Source: Octopus sinensis
Taxonomy: Eukaryota
Length of the DNA: 64,000 nucleotides
Assembly: GCF_006345805.1 (NCBI RefSeq)
Contig: NC_043024.1
Span: forward strand, 6,324,001 to 6,388,000
Direction of reading: 5' to 3'
Below are positions 1 to 11,619 of the stretch, one piece after another. The notes under the pieces are model-generated. The model saw only the letters and a program-made list of their open reading frames with translations, was not told the origin of the DNA and did not search any database. The position numbers and the translations under genes are program-made. Each line of letters starts with the position of its first letter. The stretch's first letter is position 1.

Positions 1-200
1 ACTTCTTGGACTCCCATCTGGATTTCTTCACAGATAACCTTGGAGCAGTGTCTGATGAACATGGTGAAAGATTTCACCAGGACATTAGAGTATGGAGAAA
101 CGGTACCAAGGCTTCTGGAATGACAGTATACAGGCTGACTACTGCCGGACATTTTACCGTGATAACCAGATCAGGAACACGGCAGGAAATCCAAATCACA
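1..200 (+). pseudogene. C-terminal fragment of a Chapaev3/CMC-like DNA transposase (frameshifted), cut by window edge
   Basis: DSHLDFFTDNLGAVSDEHGERFHQDI, then after a 1-nt frameshift MEKRYQGFWNDSIQADYCRTFYRD. This matches the HxHLDFFPxNLGAVSDExGERFHQD..MExRYQG motif. Family assignment is from recollection. Confidence 0.65.
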
Positions 201-1827
201 ATGTTTCTCTGTTCTTCTAACTTCGTTTTATCTAACCCATTCTTTTTGTGTATTCACTCTTTGTAGAATGATAATGTGGGTTTGTAATTCAATAAACTCA
301 TTTACTTTCTAAAAATAATGTCCTTATTTATAACGTTAAGAATTTCATTTATACAAATATGTAAATATTTTCATGTATCTGCTGAAAACTGATATGTGCT
401 GCATATAAAAAGAGTGAAATTTTTAGATCAGTTTGAAAAATTAGTCTAAAAAAGTTGGTCTGCATTCATATTGAGTATAATACATTTAATTTTGACCAAT
501 GTTTTTAGTGCTAAACATGGTATTAGATTCTCTTTATGTATATATACTTTTTATTTTCGATTCTTTGTAAGTCAATTTATTACTTATAAAAGAACTGTCT
601 TCCATTCTCACTCATGCCTTCTCCTGTGTGCGATTAACTAGAAGCAAATACCAGTATGAATTGCAATCGGTAAAAGCAAAACGGTGATGAAAGAAGGAGG
701 TACCTTTTGACAAGTCACCTGACGAAGCACATTTGCACCGAATGGTGCACCACAACAGTTTGTACAGAATCTCACCGCGAGGAACCGATGCACGATGAGT
801 CGAAACAATCGCAGTGATTACTAAACAATCTCGGGAATTCCATTTTCTTTCTCTTTCTCTCATATTCTATGTGTGTGTGTATAGATAGATAGATACATAC
901 ATACATGCATACACACACACACACACACATATATATATGTATATATATATGTCAAAGCCTTTCTCATTCTTCCCGAGCGTCAAATTAATACACCTGTTTG
1001 TTGTTCCCACACCTGTCTTTGTGTTTCATTTTCTGTACATTGGAACCGTGTGTGTGTGTGTATGCGCATGCGCGTACATACATAAAACAATTTCCTACAC
1101 AGTTTCTGCATACCAAATACCTTCACAAGGCATTAATCGGTTTATAACTATAGTAGAAGTCACATGCCCAAGATGTTACACAGTTGGAATTGAACCTGAA
1201 GAAAGCGCGTGATTGCAAAAGCAGAATTCTTATCGATGCAGCCACGTCTGGGTCATTTTTAAAGAATTTGTCAGTTCAAAACCACGGCCATAAAGTTCGG
1301 ACGTTCCTTCATTATTGTCGTAACATAGCTTGAGAACACAACACAACCAGTCTTTCAAAATCTCCGTCACCTTCAAACCATTAACTAGGTCGTTCTCATG
1401 AAAGTTAAAACCAAAGCAGGTTTTCAGAAATGTTTAGAATGACAAGAAAAATTACTATGTACCAGTAAAGCTATGATGAAATGATTCTATTTCACCAGAT
1501 ATCGATATTGGGACAATTTCTTCTAATTCTACGCCTCTCATATCAAGATAAACAGCGCATGACCTTGCTGGTGGGGTCTAGATAGCATTTTCTTCTGGTC
1601 GAGTAACCCATCCCGCTCAAAAGATCCATGAAAAAGGATTGTTTAAAGATGTTGAACGAACCACCTTTGTTTCCAAAGGTAAATTATCCAAACCTCTAAG
1701 AATTCCTTTCAACACACAGCTAACTTCTAAATCAGGGGTCCCCAAACTTTTTAGACCATCGACCTCTTCATGGAATCTTTGATCTCTCATTAACCACCAG
1801 GCATGTACAAAATGATGATGATGATGG

Positions 1828-1873
<46 letters not shown>

Positions 1874-1895
1874 AATAATAATAACAATAATAATA

Positions 1896-1948
<53 letters not shown>

Positions 1949-1950
1949 GA

Positions 1951-2376
1951 GAAATTAAGGCCAACAGACCAGATATAGTTGTCAGAGATCATGAAGAAAA
2001 AAATGCTTTCTAATTGATGTATCAATACCGGCAGATGACAACGTGTCTCTAAAAGAAATGGAGAAACTCTCAAAATACAAAGACCTGGAAATAGAGGTAA
2101 CTAGAATGTGGAACCTGAAAACAGAAACAATTCCTATCATAGTAGGTGCATTAGGCATGATAAAAAAATATTCAGACAAATACATAACAAAAACACCAGG
2201 ACTTACAAACACATATAACATACAGAAAATTGCACTACTAGGCACTGCACACATCCTACGCAGAACACTTTCCATACAATAACCATCAGAGCATCACAAC
2301 AAATCACAGTACATACCCAAGGCACACAGAGCTGCGCTCGGTAGTGAAGTGAAAGCACGCTATAAAAATAAAACTA

Positions 2377-2442
<66 letters not shown>

Positions 2443-2450
2443 GATAATAA
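1951..2450 (+). mobile_element. 5'-truncated R4/Dong-clade non-LTR retrotransposon 3' end (restriction-like endonuclease domain, 3' UTR, (TAA)n tail)
   Basis: EIKANRPDIVVRDHEEK, a 1-nt shift in an A-run, then CFLIDVSIPADDNVSLKEMEKLSKYKDLEIEVTRMW...PIIVGALG...LLGTAHILRRTLSIQ* (stop 2280-2282). RPD..LIDV..K is a PD-(D/E)xK signature. (AAT)n lies on both sides. Confidence 0.9.
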
Positions 2451-2451
2451 T

Positions 2452-2935
2452 AAATGCCTTGATGCAGTACCAGACAGTGGCTCTCGTGGCTTCTGATCTT
2501 AACTGATTGGAAGTGTTATCATGTACATTGTTTTGTCTTGGTATAAAAGATGGGCTACAACAAATATTCTGCTCAATACCACAGATTTGCTTGTCAGTTG
2601 TTTGACTTTAACCAGTTGACCATGTCCCTTAGTGGCTGACGATATGTGCATCTCTGATCACGAGCAGAAGTAGTGGGGGAGCATCATAGCCATGTGTTGA
2701 GAGGGATTCTTAGAGGTTTGGATAATTCACCTTTGGAAACAAAGGAAACAAAGCTATCTTTAAACAATCCTTTTTCATGGATCTTTTGAGCGGGATGAGC
2801 TACTCGACCAGACGAAAATTCTAACTGGGCCCCACCTGCAAGGTCATGCGCCGTTTATCTTGATATGAGATCACTATGTCGCGTACATATGGTTGATGCA
2901 TGTGCCTGGTGTACCCTTATCAGACGGGTAGTGAT
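2452..2935 (+). mobile_element. Non-coding interspersed repeat abutting the (TAA)n tract, possibly a Dong-mobilised non-autonomous element
   Basis: Begins directly after the (AAT)n tail. Part of it (2687-2870) recurs inverted at 1536-1722. Confidence 0.5.
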
Positions 2936-3317
2936 GAATAGTTCCATCGACCCCTAGGGGTCGATATCGATCACTTTGGAGACCCCTGTTCTAAATCTAC
3001 ATTATTCTGAAGCAAAGCTATGCTGAAATGATTTATTTTCGAACCGATATCGATATTGGGACAATTTCGAAGATACACTATTTCGAAGATACAGAAAATA
3101 TTTGTCACGAAAATGTTGCATCTATTTTGTTACGCACGCCACATCGGGTAAATGAGAAATGTGACCACAGACATTGTTGCCTAGCAAACTACCTTGAGGC
3201 TTTTTTATGCTGTTCTGGAGAAATTTAGAAGAATTTCCAGTTAATACTTTCAGATGAAAAATAGTTATTTTGTGTGACGTCACGCACTTTTTAGATTTCC
3301 TTCAAAAACGTTCAACA

Positions 3318-4143
3318 CGAGGGGTTACCCAAAGGAAACCGAAATTTTGGAACGTTATTTCATCCACTTAGTTTTACATGTTTACACTTTTGTCGCCGTC
3401 AGAGAATTCTCTATTTGAAGCAATGCATCGGTCCAGATGCGTCTTCCGTCGCTGTTCGAAGCCTCCGTCGTTTTTTTTTTTTTGTTTTTTTTTTTCACCT
3501 CTTCCACATCTGCAAATTCTGTAGCACCAGCTTTCATCACCAGTGATGACCTTCGAAAAAAAGGTCCGGATCAACTTCCAGCTGTTCTTTCAGTTCAGGA
3601 CACGCATTCATTCGTGACTGCTTTTGATCTTCCGTAAGCAAGCGAGACACAAACTTTGCTGCAGCTCTTTTCATTTGCAATTCCTCGCTCAAAATTCTTT
3701 AGAAGGAGCTCCAGGACACACCAATATCAACAAGTTCGTCAATTGTTCAGTGACGGTCTTCCAAGATCAATTCATGGATTTTCATGTTTTCATTCGTTCG
3801 GGAGGTCGACAGTGGCCATTTCTAAAGCGTGGAAATCACTCGTAAACTTGTGTTTTGCTCATGGCAGCATCCTTGTAAGCTGTTTGAAGCATGACAACTG
3901 TTTCAGCCGCCATTTTCCCCAATAGAAAACAGAATTTCACGGAAGCCCTCTGTTCCCTCGTTTCAGCCATCGCAAAAGACGAAGAAAAAGAGAGAAGCAC
4001 TGCAAAACAAAGACGCACCACGTGGCTGAACGACTTTATCCGACGCCTGAGAGCTGCACCAAGTGGCTTCTAGAGGCGAAGGCGCGAACTAGGACGGGCT
4101 TGTTCCAAGGTGTACATTTCCCGTCACTTCTGGGTACCCCTCG
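3318..4143 (-). mobile_element. Internally deleted mariner element with N-terminal transposase remnant
   Basis: Imperfect TIRs CGAGGGGTTACCCAAA and (rc) CGAGGGGTACCCAGAA, TA at 4144-4145. Minus-strand EQRASVKFCFLLGK..AETVVMLQTAYKDAAMSKTQVYEW and FSKVITGDESWCY (first catalytic D). Confidence 0.85.
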
Positions 4144-4162
4144 TAGAAAAAAAATTTATATT

Positions 4163-4600
4163 GGCGCAGGAATGGCTACGGGGCAAGGAACTTGCTTCCC
4201 AACCACATGGCCCCGGTTTGTCACACTCTGTGTCACACAGAATCTTCCCGAGAACTATGTTAAGAGTACACGTGTCTGTGGAGTGCTCAGCCACTTGCAT
4301 GTTAATTTCACGAGCAGGCTGTTCCGTTGAACAGATCAACTGGAACCCTCGTCGTCGTAACCGACGGAGTGCCACGATGTGTGTGTGAGTCTTTGGTGAT
4401 ACGTTTGTCCCCGAACACTGATTGAAAACCGGTTTTGTTGTGTTTAGTCGTTCGGCAAAAGACACCGATAAAACAAGTACAATGCTTAACAAAAAAAAAT
4501 GTAGTGGGGTCGATTCATTTGACTAAAAAAATTCCTCAAGATGGTGCTCCAGCATGGCCGCAGCCTAATAACTGAAACAAGTACAAAAACAAGAGATTGT
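4163..4600 (+). mobile_element. Composite tRNA-SINE (type A head and tail with a segment of another SINE family between them)
   Basis: GGCGCAGGAATGGCT head, middle segment homologous to 12868-13020 (rc), and tail ...CCAGCATGGCCGCAG...TGAAACAAGT shared with the other type A copies. Confidence 0.6.
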
Positions 4601-4699
4601 AAAACAAGTAGAACTTTTACTTGTTGTCTGGGTAAACTTCACTGTGAAAATTGAATCAATACAATTCTTGCAATCGTCCAAGATTTACAACTTATATAT

Positions 4700-5182
4700 T
4701 CGATAATTTGCGTCTCTGTCGCAGACATTACGCAAAACTGACCCAACAGCATTAAAAAATCTGGCTTTCGGCCCGGCTTTGTTTTTCATTGCGGATCCAT
4801 CGTCGTCTTTTCGTGCGTTCATTTGAAGAGAGCAACGGTGACAGGGGTTTTGTGTTGGTCTTCTTGTGCATCAACGAATTCGTGGCCTTGCGCCAGTTTC
4901 AAAGATCAATAGTGATAAATTATTAATAAATATCAAAAACCTTTCTTTTCTCCTTTTTTTTTTTTTCAATATATTATCGATGACCTGGTCAGTGACACAC
5001 GACTGCGTTTGTTATCAAGTTCCTGGGATCCGACCAATATGGAGTTTTGGCAATGTCTGTCCTGCAGACAATCTGACCGACATCCAGGCTCACTTCATTG
5101 AAGCGCGCGCGGGCGCAAGCTACCGTGTGCGTGTATTACATATATATATATGTGTGTGTGTTACGTATTATAAATCTTTCTC

Positions 5183-5272
<90 letters not shown>

Positions 5273-5355
5273 ATATATGTATGTGTGTGTGCGTGTGTGT
5301 CTGTACACACATATATAGCACACACATACTGCATATCACTACAGACGTTATATAC

Positions 5356-5402
<47 letters not shown>

Positions 5403-5458
5403 TGTAAATGTGTGCGCGCACACACATACCTACATCTACACATACAGTCTCTCTCTTT

Positions 5459-5492
<34 letters not shown>

Positions 5493-5583
5493 GAGGCTAA
5501 CACAAACAACATAAACTCTGCTTAGCTTCTACATCAGAAATCTCAATCTGCTTCACTCAATCTAGTTCTAATCTTGCTACCAC

Positions 5584-5617
<34 letters not shown>

Positions 5618-6120
5618 TTCTCTTTCTCTCTCCTTTTCTTTCTCCTCTCTCTCCATTTCTTTCTCTTTCTCCCGCCTCCCATCACTACTACCGCTACCCC
5701 TTACGCTACAATTACAACCATTACCCAGCCTCCCAGCCTCCACCTCCTCCAACCTGCATCACTCACAGCCCACCCACCCCGCCGTTACCATCACCGCTTT
5801 GTGCCGCTGTCTCCGCCGTCTCCTCCGTCTCCGCCGTCTCCTCCGTCTCCGCCGTCACCCTACAACGTTTGTCTCTGCCATGCTTTTTATTGTTTGTCGT
5901 GTCAAGCTAACTCGGCGATATTAAAACCGCCAAAGCCGTTTCGTTACCCGCCGACAATTTCAAATAACTGTGCAGCTCAGACTTATTCTTCCTGCAGTCT
6001 GGTTGCAGCAGGGTAAATAGCCATGCGTCATGCACATTTTAGCGCCCCTTCTCCAAAGATATTCTTCCTCACGCATCGATGACATCACGCAGACGTTACG
6101 CGACGCTGAAAATTTGCTTC
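4700..6120. promoter_or_regulatory. CpG-rich non-transposon region interleaved with CT/CA/TA microsatellites; possible promoter or first exon
   Basis: Visibly high CG density in unique sequence (4700-5130, 5700-6110), an 18-bp repeat TCTCCGCCGTCTCCTCCG, and a CRE-like TGACATCA near 6080. No ORF assignable. Confidence 0.3.
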
Positions 6121-6486
6121 TTTTTTTAAAATTTCTGTTTCGCTGATTTTTTTCCCCTATTTCTTCCTGTTTTCGGTCTTTTATTTTTATGTTTATTTTT
6201 TGTTTGTTATACTGTTGATGCAGCTGCTGTTGATATTGCTGTTGCTGGTGGTGGTCGTGGTGGGGGTGGCGGTGCTGCTGCTGCTGCTATTGTGATTGTT
6301 TAATTCAAATTGCTCCTGATTGAGCAGACCTTTTCTCAAAGACATTCCAGCCTAGATTATCATTATCATTATTATTATTATCGTGGTCGCTTTTTTTTTT
6401 ATTATGGTGGCGGTGACAGCATTTCGTCCGTCCTTACGTTCTGAGTTCAAATTCCACCGATCGTCGACTTTTTTTATTTTATTTTT

Positions 6487-6711
6487 TTTATACTTGTTTC
6501 AGTCATTTGACTGTGGCCATGCTGGAGCATCGACCCCGGGACTTATTCATTGTAAGCCCAGTACTTATTCTATCGATCTCTTTTGCCGAACCGCTAAGTG
6601 ACGGGGACATAAACACACCAGCATCGGTTCTCAAGCGATGCTGGGGGGACAAACACAGACACACAAATACACACACACACATACATATATATATATGTAT
6701 ATATATATATA

Positions 6712-6750
<39 letters not shown>

Positions 6751-7161
6751 TTAAGGCAATTTTTCCAAAATACGCCAGCCAAACTTGTTTGCACTGTTAT
6801 TAGTCGTAAGACACCTGCTGTTTTTACCATTATTGCTTTTGTATTTCATGTTTTTGTATTTCATTATTGTTTTTTGTTTTTTATATTCGTGTGGCACCGT
6901 CCGTTTTGCTGTCCCTGTGTTCGTATGCATTCGATCCTTCTTCCAGGAAATCTACGCTCCTAGCTTAGTTTTTCTAACGCTCGTTGCTTAGTTTTTCCTG
7001 GAGGGCTGGCCGGATCTAGTAATCTCAAGATTAATCAGCCGAAATTACTACGATGATCCGGTTCTTGACTGAAGACTGAGGGCTTCGAATGTCCTGTCTG
7101 TGTTTGTTGTATCGTCTTCTAAGTGTTATGCGTTCTTGTCACAGTTTGTATTTTTTTACAT

Positions 7162-7229
<68 letters not shown>

Positions 7230-7392
7230 ATACATATATACGACGGGCTTCTTTCAGTTTCCGTCTACCAAATCCACTCACAAGGCATTGATCGGCCCGG
7301 GGCTATAGCAGAAGACACTTGCCCAAGATGCCACGCAGTGGGACTGAACCCGGAACCATGTGGTTGGTTAGCAAGCTACTTACCACACAGCC
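6487..7392 (-). mobile_element. tRNA-derived SINE type A split by a TA microsatellite and an unrelated ~400-bp insert
   Basis: 6487-6660 matches the 3' half and 7235-7392 the 5' half of the full copy at 58323-58740 (rc). Confidence 0.75.
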
Positions 7393-7761
7393 ATATTATT
7401 AAGGCAGTGAGCTGGCATAATCGTTAGCAATCTGGGCAAAAATATTTGATAGCATGTCCGCCTTTACTTTCTGAGTTCAAATTCCGCCGAGGTCGATTAT
7501 GTCTTTCACCCTTTCTAAGTCGATAAATTAAGTACCAGCAAAGCACTGGGGTCAATGTAATCAACCAGACCCCTCTCCCCATAAATTGCTGGCCTTGTAC
7601 CTTCAGTAGAAAGGATTATTATTATTATTATTATTATTATTATTGAAGCAGCGAGTATCACTGAAGTCGGTGTAATGGATTTACCCCCTCCCCTGATCTT
7701 GCTGGCCTTGTGCGAAAATATAAAACCATTATTATTATTGTTGTTGTTGTTGTTGTTGCTA

Positions 7762-9375
7762 TTAAGGCGGCGAGCTGGCAGAATCGTTAGCACACTGAAC
7801 AAAATGTTTAGTAGCATTTCTTGCAGCTCTTTACTTTTTAGGTTCAAATCCTACCGAGGTCAACTTCACCTTTTCAAGAAAGGGAGCCGCGAAGACCCGC
7901 TTAACTACCGACCGGTTTCCCTTACTTCAATAATCAGCAAGATGTTCGAAACCATCCTTAAGAAAAGTATGATGCTCCACCATCAAAACACAGCCTCTAT
8001 CTCTGATCCCCAACACGGCTTCGTGCCGAAAAGATCATGCTTGACCAACTTACGGGTAATGGAAGAATTGGTGACGCGCATCCTCGATGATGGTGATGCT
8101 GTTGACATCGTTTTATTGGACTTTGCCAAAGCTTTTGACTCGGTAAACCACCGCCTATTACTTGTCAAGCTTCAAGCATATAGGTTCCATCCGGATATTG
8201 TACGATGGGTTGGTGTCTTCCTCTCAGATCGCTCCTTCCAAGTCCAAGTTAATGGTTCGCTGTCCGACGTCTCCAGTGCGAGCAGTGGCGTGCCTCAAGG
8301 TTCAGTGCTTGGGCCCTTATTGTTCTTAGTCTTCATAAATTACTTGCCCGACGACCTCACGCAACACACCCTTCTATTTGCCGATGATGTCAAACTGGTC
8401 ACTCCTTGCGGTGATATAGAGGATCTTCGTCGATGCCTCCACCAAATTTGGAGATGGTCTAACGAATGGGACCTGTGTCTGAACGTGTCAAAGTGCTGTC
8501 ATCTGCCTGTTGGCTCTTCTCCTGCAACTCAACTTGATTTCGAGCCGGGTCGTCTGCTGCTGGAGAGGACTGACCAGGTAAAGGACCTGGGTATCTTGGT
8601 GGATTCCTCATTTTCGCCTTCGACCCAGTGCGTCCATGCTGCCAACAAAGCACGCGGAGTTCTGTTTTTGATTCGACGATCATTCGGAATGCTCACAGCC
8701 GCCATATTCCTACCGCTCTATGTCACGCTGGTGAGACCCATATTGGAGTACGGGATTCAAGCCCCTTCTCCTTATCTCCTCAAAGACATACAGCATCTTG
8801 AAAGGATCCAGAAGCTGGCTACCCGCATGGTTCTTGGACTCAAACATTTGTCTTATGAAGAAAGGCTGAGGACGCTCGACCTTTATTCTCTAGAAAAATG
8901 ACGACGCCGTGGTGATCTCATTCTAGCTCACAACATCATAAGCGGAAAGTGTAACCTCTCGAAAGAGCTGTTCTTCACTCCTGCTCCAGAGCGTAGGCTG
9001 TGGGGTCACTCCGAAAAGCTCTATCTGCGACGATTTCATCTCAATCGAAGGAGAGGGGCTTTCTCCGTCCGGGTTGCGGATCCGTGGAATAAGCTGCCGG
9101 ACGAGATAGAGAAGATGCCGACGACCACTCGGTTCAAAGTCTCCCTTGACCACAAATGGCCTGAACTCTTTGCATGAACACCACCCTGTACATAACTCCA
9201 TGTCCCCCTACATGGCCTTGCTTTTTGCTTTTTGAGCCAAAAAATTAACTAACTAACTAAGTAACTAACCTCTCGTCCTTTCAGGGATCAATGAAATAAG
9301 GAGCAGCTGAGCCCTGAGGAGAGAGTGGGTGTCAATGTAATCGACCAGGCCTTGTGCCTATAATAGAAAGGATTA
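7762..9375 (+). mobile_element. tRNA-derived SINE type B split by the CR1 insertion
   Basis: Head AAGGCGGCGAGCTGGCAGAATCGTTAGCA...GGTTCAAATCC at 7762-7869. Remainder CTCTCGTCCTTTCAGGG...GTCAATGTAATCGAC...GGCCTTGTGCC at 9270-9375, compare the intact neighbouring copy 7400-7610. Confidence 0.7.
7870..9269 (+). mobile_element. 5'-truncated CR1-type LINE: reverse transcriptase, C-terminus, 3' UTR and (CTAA)n tail
   Basis: LFKKGSREDPLNYRPVSLTS, QHGF...SCLTNL, DFAKAFDSV, GVPQGSVLGPLLF, LFADDVKL. One premature TGA (8899-8901), after which the same frame continues RRRGDLI...FSVRVADPWNKLP...WPELFA* (9175-9177). Confidence 0.93.
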
Positions 9376-9441
9376 TTGTTATTACTAATACTGCAGGCAT
9401 AGTTTACTGTGGATAACCACTATTACACTTCTACATGGTGA

Positions 9442-9590
9442 CAGGGCCGGCCCTAGGGTTAATGGCACCCCGGGTAAGCTGATCTTCAGCGTGTACCACC
9501 CGACGGTTGTGGAAATTTTCTTGTCTTTATCACGCCCTCCATGACACCCCAGGCGACTGCCTGAGTTGCTAGTACCTTGAACTGGCCCTG
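9442..9590. mobile_element. 149-bp hAT-type MITE
   Basis: TIRs CAGGGCCGG and (rc) CAGGGCCAG. 8-bp flanks CATGGTGA and CATGGTAG (6/8 identical, decayed TSD). Confidence 0.7.
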
Positions 9591-9597
9591 CATGGTA

Positions 9598-10225
9598 GTG
9601 GTGGTAGTGTTGATACCACCACCACCACCACCACCACCACGGCCACCACCACCACCACCACCACCACCTCCACTGCCACCACCACCGCCGCCGCCGCCGC
9701 TGCCACCACCACCACCACCACCACCACCACCACCACCACCATTGCCACCACTGCCACCACTGCCACCACCACCACCACCTCCACCACTACCACCGCCACC
9801 ACCACCACCACCACCATCACCACCACCACCACCACTGCCGCCGCTGCCGCCACTACTGTCTTATCCTCTAATTGAAATGCTCCAATAATTACAACACATC
9901 AATGTATTAGTGAACACAAATTATGGGCAAGCCATCTGATAAGCATAATTAATATTCATGAGGTGATGCTGATGGTAGGGGTGATAATGTTGGTAGGGAT
10001 GGTGGTGATGATGGTGATAGTGATAACGTTCACACTGGTGGTAATGGTGACGGTGTTGTTGGTGATGGGGATATTGTAATTGTGGTGGTGGTGGTGGTGG
10101 TGTTGGAGATACTCGTAGTTTCATGGTGGGGTTCCTGGTGGTGGTGGTGGTGATGGTGTCATCAGTGGTGGTGATGGTGGTGATGGTGATGGTGGTGATG
10201 GTGATGGTGGTGATGGTGCTGGTAT
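9598..10225. repeat. (CCA)n followed by degenerate (GGT/GAT)n trinucleotide tracts
   Basis: Directly visible; source of the poly-Pro and poly-Val pseudo-ORFs. Confidence 0.9.
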
Positions 10226-10863
10226 ACAAAACTACCACTGGCATTCACAAAGATGACTCGTTACCAACATCTACCATTCTTGAGCAGACGCAGACATTTC
10301 ACGAAACCTCTCAACCACAAGCCCAGGAAGGAGAACATCAAGGACCTGAAAGATGGTAAGGGGAGAGAGGGCCACACACTAGCATGGAACCCTATTTTTT
10401 TTAATTATTTATGGACCTAGAAAGGATGAAAGATAAAATTGGCTGCAACCAGATTTGAACCCAGAATATGGAGATTTGCAAAAAATATTTCTATGCATTC
10501 TCTCTGACTCTAACTCCTCTGCCAATGACACACACACACATACACACACACATCTGTGTGTGTGTGTGTATTTAAAACAATTTGATTTGGCCCCATGCGA
10601 CTAAAATTTCATGGGCTTCCAACTGAAGCCTGTCTCATTCAGGCTTTGGTTACCAAATGGCGAAACACTGGAAGTCCAAGATTACTACAGGAAGTATGAC
10701 TTTCTGTGTTTCTGCATTAGGTGACCTGAGACTGAACAAGAATGGTTTTTGTGAGAAGCCCACAAAACTTTAAGTCTCATGAAGCCGAATCAGAGTTTTT
10801 AAATAATACATGTAACTCTTACTAAATGTGTTAAGAAGCCCATTGTATATATATATATCTAAT

Positions 10864-11147
10864 TTATAAACAAGGGCAAAAGAAAATTATTTCTATGCCA
10901 ATATGCTGATAACAGACTTTCAAATCGTCAATTTCCATATATTATTATATACTCACTACAGAAATACGTTGTGCTGAAATTGAGGAAAGCTAGCCAATAG
11001 AATTTTTTAAAAATTGGCTAGCTTTCCTCGATTTCAGCACAATGTATTTCTGTAGTGAGTATATAATAATATATGGAAATTGACGATTTAAAAGTCTGTT
11101 ATCAGCATATTGGCATAGAAATAATTTTCTTTTGCCCTTGTTTATAA
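10864..11147. repeat. Fold-back palindrome with ~135-bp arms
   Basis: 10864-10998 is the near-perfect reverse complement of 11013-11147. Confidence 0.95.
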
Positions 11148-11218
11148 TTCTAACCTTTAAAGGTATTTTAATATGCTGATGAAAGTTTTGCTATAGAAAA
11201 ACTTCATCCTATATTAGT

Positions 11219-11276
<58 letters not shown>

Positions 11277-11410
11277 ATTAATTAATAAGGGTGAGAGAAT
11301 GAGATACTAATTTAATAGCATATCTATTCAACACCAAGTGGCCCAGTGCCTCGAGAAACCTGGATTATTATAATATTTTATAATATATTATAATATTTTA
11401 TACAAAAATA

Positions 11411-11531
11411 AATATAAGAGAATGGTCACTATGTGGCTCATTCTAGCACTAGAAAATCCAAAAGGTTTCGGTTGAAACCTTTTGGATTTTCTAGTGCTAG
11501 AATGAGCCACATAGTGACCATTCTCTTATAT

Positions 11532-11532
<1 letters not shown>
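11411..11532. repeat. Fold-back palindrome with 59-bp arms and 4-nt loop
   Basis: AATATAAGAG...AAAGGTTTC-GGTT-GAAACCTTT...CTCTTATATT. Confidence 0.95.
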
Positions 11533-11599
<67 letters not shown>

Positions 11600-11619
11600 A
11601 TGGGCTTCTTAACACATTT

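Larger units (their letters stand above)
1733..2988. mobile_element. Non-autonomous hAT element with imperfect TIRs and exact 8-bp TSD, carrying nested retroelements
   Basis: Left end CAGGGGTCCCCAAACT (1733). Right end reverse complement CAGGGGTCTCCAAAGT (ends 2988). TTCTAAAT at both 1725-1732 and 2989-2996. Confidence 0.85.

Noticed and set aside
4980-5882. Minus-strand spliced gene start MAETNVVG joined to EPGCRSDCLQDRHCQNSILVGSQELDNKRSRVSL
   Set aside because: Phases fit, but the donor (GTGACG) is weak, the acceptor lacks a pyrimidine tract and the peptide has no recognisable homolog. A chance fit is likely.
7675-7870. 408-aa ORF suggesting a SINE-promoter/RT chimeric gene
   Set aside because: The N-terminus is microsatellite and SINE read-through. 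The rest of the SINE resumes after the LINE tail at 9270, so this is a nested insertion rather than a co-mobilised chimera.
9569-9888. Poly-proline, formin-like ORF
   Set aside because: Pure (CCA/CCG)n repeat next to a MITE, with no flanking domain or splice support.
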